From NCBI GenBank assembly GCA_041640455.1, contig JBEQAF010000022.1:6304-28030 (forward strand): a DNA stretch of 21,727 nucleotides, written 5' to 3'. The notes beneath the pieces are model-generated. The model ran no database searches and was not told where the DNA came from. It saw nothing but the letters and a program-made list of their open reading frames with translations. Positions 1 through 10,020 of this stretch are shown in pieces. Source of the DNA: a bacterium. GTDB lineage: Bacteria > CALINM01. Each line of letters begins with the position of its first letter. Position 1 is the first letter of the stretch. The position numbers were made by a program, and so were the translations under genes.

Positions 1-61
1 CTATTGCCATTACAACTATAATAATTATTACCTCAATAAGACTAAATCCTTTACTGGACAT
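1..61 (-). CDS. Prepilin-type N-terminal cleavage/methylation protein (minor pilin/pseudopilin), 5' fragment running off the window
   Basis: Manual translation from the ATG at 61 gives MSSKG|FSLIEVIIIIVVMAI..., a class III signal peptide (G|F, Glu at +5, hydrophobic run). It overlaps the upstream pilin gene by 11 nt and is absent from the ORF track. Confidence 0.88.
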   Translation of the reverse strand, partial: MSSKGFSLIEVIIIIVVMAI

Positions 62-500
62 AAATATTGCCCGTTTCGGAAACTATTTTTATAAACTTTG
101 AACGGCTACCTGATATAATTTTTATGGAGCTCTGGGTTTTAAACTCATTTCTGCCCAGAGCGTCAAATCTAACAGAGTAGTTTTTAAAAAAAGAAACATC
201 TGAATAGACTTTAGAAATATTTATGTCAAAGGGACGATTATCTTCAGGATTTATAATAAGTGAATAGTTTGCAAAGCCAACTCTTATTCTATCAGGAGTA
301 TTTATATAAACCTTGTGTCTTTTAGAAGTCATCATAGCCCGCTCTCTTGCATAGGACAAATCAAAATATACCTTTTTAGCTGCTAAATTAAGGGCTGTAT
401 CTACGGGTGATGAAAATGACCTGACAAGAACAATAGAAATAATTGCAACAAGTATTGAAATTATTATAAATTCAATAACTGTAAAGCCTCTTTCGCCCAT
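51..500 (-). CDS. Prepilin-type protein, GspH/FimT-like minor (pseudo)pilin
   Basis: MGERG|FTVIEFIIISILVAIISIV class III signal peptide; helix DLSYARERAM; C-terminal VRFDALG and IVSETGNI motifs typical of GspH/FimT-like proteins. Confidence 0.85.
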   Translation of the reverse strand: MGERGFTVIEFIIISILVAIISIVLVRSFSSPVDTALNLAAKKVYFDLSYARERAMMTSKRHKVYINTPDRIRVGFANYSLIINPEDNRPFDINISKVYSDVSFFKNYSVRFDALGRNEFKTQSSIKIISGSRSKFIKIVSETGNIYVQ

Positions 501-511
501 TTATTATTAAA

Positions 512-539
512 ATTATAGCATTATCAATGGTTTTTTCAA
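512..539 (-). promoter_or_regulatory. Putative sigma70 promoter of the pilin operon (extended -10)
   Basis: Minus strand: TTGAAA (539-534), 16 nt spacer, TATAAT (517-512) preceded by TG-C. Confidence 0.6.
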
Positions 540-586
540 TTCCAAAACTTATGTTTTTGATTTTTTTTCGCATCAGCTAAAAAATA

Positions 587-616
587 TTGACAAAAAAAGC
601 TTGTTGATAATATAAT
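587..616 (+). promoter_or_regulatory. Consensus sigma70 promoter for tRNA-Phe
   Basis: TTGACA (587-592), 18 nt spacer, TATAAT (611-616), 21 nt upstream of the tRNA, with an A/T-tract region upstream. Confidence 0.75.
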
Positions 617-637
617 TCTTTCTTACGTTAACTCAGT

Positions 638-710
<73 letters not shown>

Positions 711-817
711 CTTTTTTTATTTCAATTTCCTTTTTTTCTGTTGTAGTAGGATTATCAAATTGCTAACTCTTTTTTGCATCTTTTATTCAGACAAACTATA
801 TATTTAAGGAGTGAAAA

Positions 818-1879
818 ATGGTCAAAAAATCTTACAAAATTGCTGTTATTGGTGGAGACGGTACTGGTCCTGAGGTTATCAGAGAAGGTGTCAAGGTTCT
901 GAAGGCTGTTGGTGAAAAAGAAAACATTGATTTTCAGTTTACTGATATTAACTGGGGTGGTGATAACTATCTTAAAACTGGCATAACCCTTCCAGATGAT
1001 TTTAAAGAGCAGTTAAAAGGTTTTGATGCCATATATCTTGGAGCTATTGGTCATCCTGACGTGAAACCAGGCATCCTTGAAAAGGGGATTCTTTTAAGAC
1101 TCAGATTTGAGCTTGATCAGTATATAAATCTCAGACCTATTAAGCTTTATCCAAATGTAGATTGCCCACTTAAAGATAAAAAGCCAGAAGACATAGATTT
1201 TGTTGTAGTAAGAGAAAATACTGAGGGGCTTTATGCTGGAGCAGGCGGTGTTCTTAAAAAAGGCACAGCCGATGAGGTGGCTATTCAGGAATCCATTAAT
1301 ACAAGAAAGGGAGTTGAGAGATGCATCCGATTTGCTTTCGATTATACAAGGAAAAGAAACAAGAAAAAGAAGCTGACCCTTTGTGGAAAGACAAATGTTC
1401 TTACCTTTGCCTTTGACCTCTGGGAAAGAACCTTTTTCGAAGTAGCAAAGGAGTATCCAGATATTCAGACTGATTATGTCCATGTGGATGCCTGTTGTAT
1501 GTGGATGGTAAAAAATCCAGAATGGTTTGATGTTATTGTTACAGATAATATGTTTGGTGATATTATTACAGATCTTGGAGCGATGATTCAGGGCGGTATG
1601 GGGATCGCAGCAGGCGGGAATATAAATCCTGAGGGGTTATCAATGTTTGAACCCATAGGGGGATCTGCGCCCAAATATACAGGTAAGGGAGTAATTAATC
1701 CAATAGCATGTATTCTTGCAGGTGAGATGCTACTTAGAAATCTTAATGAAGTTAAAGCTGCCAGCAGGCTTGAAGATGCGGTAGTTAAGGTTATAACCAC
1801 TAAGTTAAAGAGTATGGCAGCAGGTAAAATGGGATATTCAACCTCTGAAGTGGGAGATCTAATAGTAGAAAACTTATAA
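818..1879 (+). CDS. leuB: 3-isopropylmalate dehydrogenase (beta-decarboxylating dehydrogenase family)
   Basis: [19 protein letters not shown] (Glu and LL..R substrate pocket of IPMDH), [19 protein letters not shown]...[27 protein letters not shown] upstream. Confidence 0.82.
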   Translation: MVKKSYKIAVIGGDGTGPEVIREGVKVLKAVGEKENIDFQFTDINWGGDNYLKTGITLPDDFKEQLKGFDAIYLGAIGHPDVKPGILEKGILLRLRFELDQYINLRPIKLYPNVDCPLKDKKPEDIDFVVVRENTEGLYAGAGGVLKKGTADEVAIQESINTRKGVERCIRFAFDYTRKRNKKKKLTLCGKTNVLTFAFDLWERTFFEVAKEYPDIQTDYVHVDACCMWMVKNPEWFDVIVTDNMFGDIITDLGAMIQGGMGIAAGGNINPEGLSMFEPIGGSAPKYTGKGVINPIACILAGEMLLRNLNEVKAASRLEDAVVKVITTKLKSMAAGKMGYSTSEVGDLIVENL

Positions 1880-3129
1880 TGAATAACACGTATCTTATTT
1901 TGGGTGATGAAGTTTTTCAGAAAGAAAAGATTAATGAAATAATTAAGCAGATCACTGTCCAGCCTGAAAATATCGAAATAATAAATTCCGAAGAAAAAAG
2001 CTGGTATGCCATTGCAGATGATGTAAAAACTTACTCACTCTTTGGCATACCAAGACTTTTCATTATTCAGAATGCCGATGTATTTAAAGGTGAAGAAAAG
2101 ATAGAAGATATTATTAACAATGCCTTAAATTATTATCTATCTAATGATCTAATTAGAGCTGGCAAAGAGGTACTGAAAGCCATCAGAAATCTTGAACTGA
2201 CAGAAGAAGAGCTATTAAATATAAAAGAATCCCCTTCCCTGCTGAATAATTATTTCTCCCAATATACGGAAAACACTTCCTTTCTGACAGAGATTGTGAA
2301 GAAGGGGTTTATTAATCCAGAAAAGATTAAAAGAGATGATACTGTTAATTTTTCAGAGCTAATCTCGAGTATCCCTGAGGGGCACTATCTAATTATTACT
2401 GCAAAGGAATACGATAAAAGAACAAAAAATTTTAAAATCTTTCAAAAATCATCTCAGATCTTTGAAAAAGAAGAGATAAAATTATCCAGTAAAGACATTA
2501 AAAAAAGGATACAGTTAGAGGTTGAAAGGTTCATAAGATCAAACAACAAAAAAATCTCTTCAGAAGATCTTATATATCTTTCTGAAAAAGCAACCGAATC
2601 ACCCGATTATAAAGCTAAATTAGAAAAACTAATCCTTCTGGTTGGTGATAGCCATACCATAAGTAAAGAAGAGATTGATAATACCTTTGATGATGACATC
2701 TCACCAGATAGTCAGCTAATTCCTGAATTTATAAGGAAAAGGGATATAAGCTCGGCTGTTAAAATTGTGTTAAATCAAAGAAATACAAAGCAGGATTTTA
2801 TTAAGCTTACCGGTTATTTAAGAAGTCTGATGAGAAACGCTATTGCTATCAGAGAGTTTTCAGATGAAGCGGAGTATAATGACTATTATGATTTTGATAG
2901 AAGATTTTATAAAAAATATCTTGATACTCTGCCAAAGGAGACATTAAAAAACCAGCATCCCTATTATCTTTTTCAGTGTTACCTTACTTTCAAGGATTTT
3001 CAGATAGAGCATTTAAGGAAAATGTATAAACTTCTATTTGAAATAGACAGAAAGCTTAAAACTACCCAGACCAATCCGTCAGATCTTTTTCTGGATTTTA
3101 TCAGCAGTCTTTTTACTACCAGAAACTAA
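1879..3129 (+). CDS. holA: DNA polymerase III delta subunit (clamp loader), long form
   Basis: N-terminal YLILGDE, SLFG..RLFII, DKRTKNFK, LEKLILL..ISKEEI, HPYY, and C-terminal LFEIDRKLKT, in the HolA motif order. TAATG coupling to leuB. Confidence 0.8.
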   Translation: MNNTYLILGDEVFQKEKINEIIKQITVQPENIEIINSEEKSWYAIADDVKTYSLFGIPRLFIIQNADVFKGEEKIEDIINNALNYYLSNDLIRAGKEVLKAIRNLELTEEELLNIKESPSLLNNYFSQYTENTSFLTEIVKKGFINPEKIKRDDTVNFSELISSIPEGHYLIITAKEYDKRTKNFKIFQKSSQIFEKEEIKLSSKDIKKRIQLEVERFIRSNNKKISSEDLIYLSEKATESPDYKAKLEKLILLVGDSHTISKEEIDNTFDDDISPDSQLIPEFIRKRDISSAVKIVLNQRNTKQDFIKLTGYLRSLMRNAIAIREFSDEAEYNDYYDFDRRFYKKYLDTLPKETLKNQHPYYLFQCYLTFKDFQIEHLRKMYKLLFEIDRKLKTTQTNPSDLFLDFISSLFTTRN

Positions 3130-4483
3130 TTTTGCCTTTCTCGGTCTTTTTTACTCTATACATAGCTTTATCGGCTCTATCAATCAGACTTTTTGCATTA
3201 AGCCCTTCAGAATATGTTGATATACCTATACTTACAGTAATTGTTAAGCCAGCAAGAGATGTATCCCGCAGAATGTTCTGCAACCTTATGGCTGTGGTAT
3301 ATGCACCTTCTCTCCCTGTATTGGGAAGCATGATTACAAACTCTTCACCGCCAAATCTTGCCGCAATATCCACATCTCTCAAAGAGCTTCTAATAATGTT
3401 GGCAAACTCTTTAAGAACTATATCACCTACTGTATGCCCGTATGTGTCGTTAAGCTTTTTAAAATCATCTACATCAATAAATAATATGGAAAGATCTCCA
3501 TTGTATCTATTTAGTCTTATTATTTCTTTTTCAAGAGACCTGATAAAAAAAGCTCTATTATAAAGCTGGGTGAGAGGATCCGTAATGGATAATCTTTCTA
3601 AGGCTAAAAAGGTCTGTGCATTATTAAGTGCAATGGCAGCGGCATCTGCCAGGTAAGAGATCAGGTTTTTATCTCTGGAGGTAAAACTTCCAGCTTTATT
3701 AAAAGACTCAATAACTCCAAGAAGTCTCTTTTTATAAACAATAGGAGCACAGATAAGATTTTTTATCTCGTAATCATTTATGAGAATTTTAATACCTGTG
3801 TCTGATTTTACCTCGTTGAGAGTTATTATCTCCCTTTTTAAAGCACATCTACCAGCAACCCCTTCTCCTATTTTTAGAGATATCTCCTGATCTATGCCTT
3901 CAGCTATTTTACTAACAAGTTTTTCGCCGTCATAAATAAATAATGTGGTTCTATCGGTATTAAGGATCTTTGTGGTAGCATTTACAATCTTTTCCAGTAG
4001 AACCTCATAATCCTTTTCTGATACAAGATCATTAAAAATATTTACTATAAGTTCTCTTTCAAGCCACCATTTTTCATAGCTTTTAAGAAAATTATTTACA
4101 AAACTTTCTATCATGCTCGAAAGGTTAACTACAATGCTTGAGCTTAACTCCTTTTTTATTCCACAGCTGATCCAGTAGCCTATGACATGATCAAAAAATT
4201 TTATGGGTACCAATATTTTGGTGTATCCAGCCCAGCATTTTGATATCTTTAATTCAGGATTCAGAATCCTTGACTTTGTATCTTTAAAGCATTTTTTTGC
4301 CTTCTGTTCATCCGATAATATTTCATTACAATAGGGCGGAATGAAGGGTTTATCTATAATAACTTTACCTTTTTTATCAATAATATAGGCACAGATATGA
4401 AACCTATTGGAAAAGTCATTTATAAGATTGTTAAGCTCATCCTTTTGAAAAATATCGGTTATCTCAGGCGTAATAATTTTCAT
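3116..4483 (-). CDS. Diguanylate cyclase, PocR-GAF-GGDEF
   Basis: N-terminal PocR-like pattern (YC..I, KKC..D, KCWAG..I.VPI...IG); GAF domain (GEGVAG, CAPI, GVIESFNK, F...D); intact GGDEF domain (DPLTQLYNR, DVDDFKKLNDTYGH.VGD, RDVD I-site, RFGGEEF, ADKAMY). Confidence 0.92.
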   Translation of the reverse strand: MKIITPEITDIFQKDELNNLINDFSNRFHICAYIIDKKGKVIIDKPFIPPYCNEILSDEQKAKKCFKDTKSRILNPELKISKCWAGYTKILVPIKFFDHVIGYWISCGIKKELSSSIVVNLSSMIESFVNNFLKSYEKWWLERELIVNIFNDLVSEKDYEVLLEKIVNATTKILNTDRTTLFIYDGEKLVSKIAEGIDQEISLKIGEGVAGRCALKREIITLNEVKSDTGIKILINDYEIKNLICAPIVYKKRLLGVIESFNKAGSFTSRDKNLISYLADAAAIALNNAQTFLALERLSITDPLTQLYNRAFFIRSLEKEIIRLNRYNGDLSILFIDVDDFKKLNDTYGHTVGDIVLKEFANIIRSSLRDVDIAARFGGEEFVIMLPNTGREGAYTTAIRLQNILRDTSLAGLTITVSIGISTYSEGLNAKSLIDRADKAMYRVKKTEKGKISFW

Positions 4484-4491
4484 CTATCCTC

Positions 4492-6672
4492 TTATATATA
4501 ATTTTTTTTCATTAGTAAAGAATTTGTTACCACCGATACAGAGCTTAAAGCCATAGCCATACCCGCAAACATGGGATTTAATAAAACTCCGAAAAAGGGA
4601 TATAGTATACCAGCGGATATGGGGATTCCCAATGAGTTATATATAAAAGCCCAGAAAAAATTCTGTTTTATCTTATTAATTATAATTCTGCTTAACTGCA
4701 GAGCCCTGTAGATAGTCATAAGATTCTGATTTGTAATAACCAGATCTCCAGCCTCCACTGCTATATCTGTACCTGAACTGAAAGCTATCCCCACATGGGC
4801 ACTGGCAAGAGCAGGGGCGTCATTGATACCATCGCCAATCATGGCTACTCGATGACCAACATTTTTTAACTCAGTTATGATATTCTGCTTTTCATTAGGT
4901 AAAACTTTTGACCAGTATCTTGTTATATTAAGTGTTTTAGCCACTTTTTCTGCAACTTTTTCATTATCTCCTGTTATCATTACAACTTTAATTCCCAGCT
5001 CCTTAATTTTTGTTACGAAGTTTAGCGCATCATCCTTTATATTGTCAAAAAACGAAACATAACCTATATATTTTTTTCTATATTCATATTCTATGCCAAT
5101 AAAAATATAGCTATAAGCTTCATCAACAGTTTCATTGAGTTCAAAGCCGTTTTCTGTCAAAAAACTGCTTGAACCGATGTAAATAAACTTACCATCTATC
5201 TCACCTGATATGCCCTTACCCGGATGGGTCTGAAAATTCTTTACTTCAAAAAAATCATTGCTATTATAAGCCCTTAATATTGGTTCTGACAGAGGATGCA
5301 TGGATACTCTTTCAAGGGATGCCACATATTTTAAAAAAAGATGCCTGTCCATTTCTGTTTTTATCTCTATTATATTAGGTTTTCCTGATGTTAAGGTTCC
5401 CGTCTTATCCAGTGCTATAGTGTCAATCTGAGAGAGCTTTTCTATACTTTCAGCATTTTTAAATAGTATCCCTCGTTCTGCTCCCATACCGGTTCCTACA
5501 ATAACTGCGGTAGGTGCTGCCAGTCCTAATGAACAGGGACAGGCAATTATTAAAACCGATATCATTGTCTTAATGGCAAAATATGTGTCAAATCCAAAAA
5601 ATTTCCAGATAAAAAAACTCAAAAGGGCTATAAAAACAACAGTTGGAACAAAAACACTGCTTATCTTATCAGCCAGTTTCTGAATAGGCGCCTTTGAGCT
5701 CTGTGCTTCATCAACAAGTCTTATAATCTGAGCAAGCATGGTATTCTGTCCCACTGACCTTGCTAAAATTTTTAAAGCTCCCATCTTATTTATAGTGCCT
5801 GCAATCACATTATCACCAGGTTTTTTTTCTACAGGTATACTTTCACCTGTTATCATAGATTCATCAACCGATGAGTACCCCTCTGTTATGACTCCATCAA
5901 CAGGTATTTGCTGTCCAGACTTTACTATCACCAGATCTCCTGTTATAACTTCCGATATGGGGATAATATTCTCCTTGCCATCTCTTATTACAGTAGCCTC
6001 TTTTGGAGAAAGCTGAATAAGTTTCTTAATAGCCTCAGAAGTCTTGCCTCTCGCCTTTGATTCCAGATACCTGCCGAGCAGAATAAAAGTTATTAGCACC
6101 GCTGAGGTCTCAAAATATAGATGCATACTATCATAACCTTCTTTATTAAGAAAAATCATAATACTTACAAATAGGCTATATAGATATGCCACTCCTGTGC
6201 CGAGAGCAACAAGTGTATCCATAGTAGCAGTTTTTGATCTTATCAGACTTTTGATACCGTTAAGATAAAACTCTCTTCCAAAGAACAAAACCGGTGTGCT
6301 CAATAGTATCTGAAAAACTGCATTATTAAGATCAGAAGAGAACATTTTATATAAGCCAAAATGTTCTGCCATAGTGATCAGCAAAAGTGGGAGCGAAAAA
6401 ATTGCAGACAATATAAAATTTATTTTTTTGCTCCTTTCCTCATTACCCTCCATATAGTCCACTACATCAACTGCTTTATAGCCTGCAGCTTCTACTGCCT
6501 TTATAATCCCCTTCCTACCAATAATATCAGGATCATAAGTTATATGTGCCTTTCTGGAAGCAAGGTTTACAGATGCTTCAGATATCCCTTCTTCTGCAAG
6601 CAATTTAGTCTGAAGTCTATTAACACAGGAGGCGCAATGAAGCCCTTCTATAATGAATATCTCTCGCTTCAT
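4492..6672 (-). CDS. copA: Copper(I)-translocating P1B-type ATPase
   Basis: One N-terminal metal-binding domain GLHCASC; TGES, CPC, DKTGT, HP, GDGINDAP, and the YN / MALSS transmembrane ligands diagnostic of P1B-1. Confidence 0.93.
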   Translation of the reverse strand: MKREIFIIEGLHCASCVNRLQTKLLAEEGISEASVNLASRKAHITYDPDIIGRKGIIKAVEAAGYKAVDVVDYMEGNEERSKKINFILSAIFSLPLLLITMAEHFGLYKMFSSDLNNAVFQILLSTPVLFFGREFYLNGIKSLIRSKTATMDTLVALGTGVAYLYSLFVSIMIFLNKEGYDSMHLYFETSAVLITFILLGRYLESKARGKTSEAIKKLIQLSPKEATVIRDGKENIIPISEVITGDLVIVKSGQQIPVDGVITEGYSSVDESMITGESIPVEKKPGDNVIAGTINKMGALKILARSVGQNTMLAQIIRLVDEAQSSKAPIQKLADKISSVFVPTVVFIALLSFFIWKFFGFDTYFAIKTMISVLIIACPCSLGLAAPTAVIVGTGMGAERGILFKNAESIEKLSQIDTIALDKTGTLTSGKPNIIEIKTEMDRHLFLKYVASLERVSMHPLSEPILRAYNSNDFFEVKNFQTHPGKGISGEIDGKFIYIGSSSFLTENGFELNETVDEAYSYIFIGIEYEYRKKYIGYVSFFDNIKDDALNFVTKIKELGIKVVMITGDNEKVAEKVAKTLNITRYWSKVLPNEKQNIITELKNVGHRVAMIGDGINDAPALASAHVGIAFSSGTDIAVEAGDLVITNQNLMTIYRALQLSRIIINKIKQNFFWAFIYNSLGIPISAGILYPFFGVLLNPMFAGMAMALSSVSVVTNSLLMKKNYI

Positions 6673-6707
6673 AAATTTCCCCTTATTTTTGACAAATTTT
6701 TCTTAAC

Positions 6708-6736
6708 ATTTTAGCTAAATTATTTGATAATATAAA
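6708..6736 (-). promoter_or_regulatory. Possible sigma70 promoter for copA
   Basis: Minus strand: TTTATA (6736-6731), 17 nt spacer, TAAAAT (6713-6708). The region is AT-rich, so a chance match is possible. Confidence 0.35.
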
Positions 6737-6803
6737 TCTGAATTTCATAAAAATATATGTTTTAAAATATATATTGATAATCTTATCATAAAACGGAGGG
6801 TTT

Positions 6804-7454
6804 ATGAAGTTTTTTATTGACACAGCCAATATTGAAGAGATAAAAAAATGCAATGCTCTCGGGCTTATTGATGGAGTTACCACCAACCCATCACTTATAG
6901 CCAAAGAGAAAAAACCTTTTAACGAACTGGTAAAGGAGATCTTAAAGGAGGTTAAATATCCTGTTAATCTGGAAGTTACAGCCAGCGATGCTGATGGCAT
7001 GGTAAAAGAGGCTAAAAAGCTTGCTAAACTTGCAGATAATGTGGTAATAAAGGTACCCACCACTGAAGAGGGATTAAAGGTAATAAAAAAATTGTCCTCC
7101 GAAGGTATCAAGACCAATGCCACTCTTATCTTTTCACCTACACAGGCTCTTCTGGTAGCAAAGGCAGGGGCTAATTATGCAAGCCCATTCATAGGTAGAC
7201 TTGATGATATTTCACAAAGAGGGATGGATCTAATTGAACAGGTAATGACTATTTACGAAAACTACGGCTACGAAACAGAGGTAATAGTTGCCAGCATAAG
7301 AAATCCCATGCATGTAGTGGAAGCAGCACTAATAGGGGCACATATAGCCACTATCCCCTACTCCACTCTTATGCAACTGATAAAGCATCCTTTAACAGAT
7401 ATTGGTCTGGAAAGGTTTAATAAAGACTGGGAAAACTATAAAAAATCCCTTTAA
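6804..7454 (+). CDS. tal: Transaldolase (short TalC/MipB/Fsa family)
   Basis: [14 protein letters not shown], Schiff-base Lys in VIKVP. Glu (VNLEV) and Phe (ASPFIGR) match the transaldolase pair rather than the Gln/Tyr pair of fructose-6-phosphate aldolase. SD GGAGG. Confidence 0.92.
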   Translation: MKFFIDTANIEEIKKCNALGLIDGVTTNPSLIAKEKKPFNELVKEILKEVKYPVNLEVTASDADGMVKEAKKLAKLADNVVIKVPTTEEGLKVIKKLSSEGIKTNATLIFSPTQALLVAKAGANYASPFIGRLDDISQRGMDLIEQVMTIYENYGYETEVIVASIRNPMHVVEAALIGAHIATIPYSTLMQLIKHPLTDIGLERFNKDWENYKKSL

Positions 7455-7484
7455 AGAAGAAAGGGGCTTTTAAGCCCCTATTTA
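7452..7484. terminator. Likely bidirectional intrinsic terminator between convergent tal and ahcY
   Basis: Hairpin AGGGGCT-TTTA-AGCCCCT (7462-7479). On the minus strand it is followed by TTCTTCTTT; on the plus strand by a weaker ATTT. Confidence 0.75.
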
Positions 7485-8765
<1,281 letters not shown>

Positions 8766-9935
8766 CTATTTAATTAATTTTTTAATCTCTTTAACCCTGT
8801 GAATACTTTCCCAGACGAAATCCTTGTCGTTTCTACCAAAATGACCATAGGCTGCTGTTTTTCTAAAAATAGGTCTTTTAAGATTCAGGTATTCAATCAT
8901 TGCTTTGGGTCTGAAATCAAAGAGTTTATTCACAATATTCTCGATCTCTATATCGGGCATAATGCCTGTTCCTTTAGTATCTACCATTATGGATACTGGC
9001 TTGGCAACTCCTATTGCATATGCTACCTGTATCTCGCATTTTTTTGCCAGTCCTGCTGCAACAATATTTTTTGCCACGTGTCTTGCCATGTATGATGCGG
9101 TTCTATCAACCTTTGAAGGATCTTTTCCTGAAAAGGCGCCTCCTCCGTGACTGCCAACACCGCCATAGGTATCAACGATAATCTTTCTGCCTGTAAGCCC
9201 CGTATCACCCTTAGGTCCACCGATTACAAATCTTCCAGTAGGATTGACATAAATTTTAGTTTTCTTATCCATCATTTCAGCAGGGATTATCTTTTTAATA
9301 ACCTCTTCAATTATTGACTCCTTAATCTTTTTGTAGGTCACATCAGCCGAATGCTGTGTAGATATAACAACAGCCTCAACTCTCTTTGGTTTTCCGTCTA
9401 CATATTCAATTGTAACCTGAGATTTCCCATCCGGTTTGACAAAATCAAGTATTTTTTTCTTTCTGACCTCTGCAAGTCTCATAGAAAGTTTATGAGCCAG
9501 ATATATGGGCATAGGCATAAAGGCATCTGTTTCATCCGATGCATAGCCAAACATAAGCCCCTGATCTCCTGCCCCCTGCTCTTCATAAAGCCCCCTGCCT
9601 TCATCAACCCCCTGAGCTATGTCAGGCGATTGCCTGTCTATGGAAGTTATAACAGCACAGTTTTCCGAATCAAAGCCAAGCTCTGGCTCATTATAGCCAA
9701 TATCCTTAACAACTGACCTTGCAAGATCAGGAATATTGACAATTGCTTTTGATGTAATCTCACCAGCAACAAATATCAGCCCCGTTGTAACAAGTGTCTC
9801 ACAGGCTACTCTTGAATTTTTGTCCTGTTCAAGCATTGCATCCAGAACCGCATCTGATATCTGGTCTGCCACTTTATCAGGATGTCCTTCCGTAACAGAC
9901 TCAGAAGTAAATAGGAAACGTTTTTTGTGACTCAT
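8766..9935 (-). CDS. metK: Methionine adenosyltransferase (SAM synthetase)
   Basis: [67 protein letters not shown]. Confidence 0.99.
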   Translation of the reverse strand: MSHKKRFLFTSESVTEGHPDKVADQISDAVLDAMLEQDKNSRVACETLVTTGLIFVAGEITSKAIVNIPDLARSVVKDIGYNEPELGFDSENCAVITSIDRQSPDIAQGVDEGRGLYEEQGAGDQGLMFGYASDETDAFMPMPIYLAHKLSMRLAEVRKKKILDFVKPDGKSQVTIEYVDGKPKRVEAVVISTQHSADVTYKKIKESIIEEVIKKIIPAEMMDKKTKIYVNPTGRFVIGGPKGDTGLTGRKIIVDTYGGVGSHGGGAFSGKDPSKVDRTASYMARHVAKNIVAAGLAKKCEIQVAYAIGVAKPVSIMVDTKGTGIMPDIEIENIVNKLFDFRPKAMIEYLNLKRPIFRKTAAYGHFGRNDKDFVWESIHRVKEIKKLIK

Positions 9936-9972
9936 AGATATTTTGCCTCCTTGAAATGTTTAAATCCTATTA

Positions 9973-10001
9973 ATGATACTAAAAAAAATGTTTGATAACA
10001 A
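9973..10001 (-). promoter_or_regulatory. Putative sigma70 promoter for metK-ahcY
   Basis: Minus strand: TTGTTA (10001-9996), 17 nt spacer, TATCAT (9978-9973), within the 85-nt mtnA-metK gap. Confidence 0.5.
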
Positions 10002-10020
10002 TTAAAATACAAAATAAATC

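Noticed and set aside
604..615. 12-mer TTGATAATATAA shared between the tRNA promoter and 6724-6735
   Set aside because: Only two copies, in very AT-rich DNA and overlapping promoter-like hexamers; not enough to call a regulatory motif.
745..765. Sigma54 (-24/-12) promoter upstream of leuB (GG...TTGC)
   Set aside because: The GG-to-GC spacing is 11 nt rather than the strict 10, and there is no TGGCAC context.
6673..6803. CopY (TACA-nn-TGTA) or CsoR (G/C-tract) operator for copA
   Set aside because: Neither motif is present in the intergenic region.
6683..7123. 146-aa minus-strand ORF upstream of copA as a possible copper regulator
   Set aside because: It is mostly the antisense shadow of tal, has no CsoR/CueR/CopY motifs, and its tail is translated AT-rich intergenic DNA.
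9936..10020. SAM riboswitch or SahR/MetJ operator upstream of metK
   Set aside because: The gap is 85 nt, very AT-rich and has no stable stems, and the putative promoter leaves only ~30 nt of leader. Only a TTGATA half-site is present, with no convincing palindrome.
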